From Azolla caroliniana (Eukaryota > Plantae > Polypodiophyta): DNA of 7,805 bases. A model generated the notes under the pieces. It ran no database searches, was not told the DNA's origin, and saw only the letters and a list, made by a program, of their open reading frames with translations. The stretch is from positions 1 to 7,805 of the forward strand of contig JBHGNT010001480.1 in NCBI GenBank assembly GCA_043228905.1, written 5' to 3'. Shown piece after piece: positions 7,238-7,805 of the stretch (the stretch's first letter is position 1; the number at the start of each line of letters is the position of its first letter). A program made the position numbers and the translations under genes.

Positions 7238-7804
7238 TCACCTTTCAATATTCCGCCAAATGTCCAGAATGCTCTGGGCCAAGGGTTCTAAAGGCTCATC
7301 GGGTAGTTGCTCCTGTTCCCGCTCCTGCTCCTCTGGTCTCTCCGGTTCCACTGGTCTCCAGGCTTCCGATTCTGGTTCTGCCGGTTTGGGCTCCTCTTGC
7401 TGATGGTTTCCGGTGTGCAGGTTTTCATCCTTCGGCTGCTCCTCTGGAGTTTTGTTTGGCTGGCTTTCCCTGGTTCCAGCTTCATTTGGCGCCTGTTCCG
7501 AAGAGTGCTCTTTGTCACTGATATTGATCGCCACAATTCTTCTAGCCACCTCTTGCCGTCGTCGTTCTCGTTCATACTGTTCGAACTGGAGTTGTGTATC
7601 TAGCTGGTCGTCGTCCAACTATTTCGCCAATCACCTCACCGCTGGCAATTGGTCCCCGGGTAACGATAGGAAGTCGTCCGACAATTCCTCCCTTATGGCT
7701 ACAATGTTCTCCTCCTCCAGTTTATAGAAATCGTCGCCGTCCTTCCTCTAGTTCTCCGCATCCGCTCTCAGCACTTGTAACTCCGCTCCCTGCTTCGCCT
7801 ATTT
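7238..7804 (-). pseudogene. Degenerate Glu/Gln/Pro-rich accessory ORF of element E, antisense to the PBS; unknown function; 5' end outside the window
   Basis: One frame of 189 codons with no frameshift. Its four internal stops (7619, 7631, 7748, 7799) are all TAG or TGA. Protein-like helical and acidic composition throughout. Confidence 0.6.
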
Positions 7805-7805
7805 A

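Larger units (their letters stand above)
6733..7805 (+). mobile_element. LTR retrotransposon inserted in element D RT (element E), probably Ty3/gypsy Tat/OTA group; strand assigned from the PBS; continues beyond the window
   Basis: Copia RT homology stops abruptly at 6732 and is followed by a TGTT...AACA-bounded segment and a PBS. Lineage is inferred from PBS type only; no gag or pol is visible. Confidence 0.78.

Noticed and set aside
7179-7727. + strand ORFs after the PBS as a gag start
   Set aside because: Ser/Leu/Cys/Phe-rich complements of a Glu-rich - strand frame with no gag features. Gag could still start beyond the window.

Overview
Eukaryotic, almost certainly land-plant, repeat DNA with no intact host gene. 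A fern-like genome is my impression only. The window is a nest of five decayed retroelements. (1) A + strand Ty1/copia element runs from the gag zinc knuckle through protease, integrase, RT and RNase H to a ~280 bp 3' LTR (1-4729). (2) A ~650 bp reverse-oriented solo-LTR-like insertion splits its integrase zinc finger (941-~1600). (3) An old L1-type LINE RT remnant (4730-5280) is cut at both ends by LTRs. (4) A - strand Tnt1/Tork-like copia 3' end comprises an LTR (5281-5814), a PPT, RNase H and the RT C-terminus up to 6732. (5) A third LTR element inserted into that RT: an LTR (6733-7191) followed by a tRNA-Arg(UCU)-type PBS on the + strand. The most unusual observation is in element 5. Its PBS points +, but the LTR promoter layout and a long acidic reading frame ending 27 nt from the PBS both point -. 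All calls come from manual translation and motif recognition; no searches were run.
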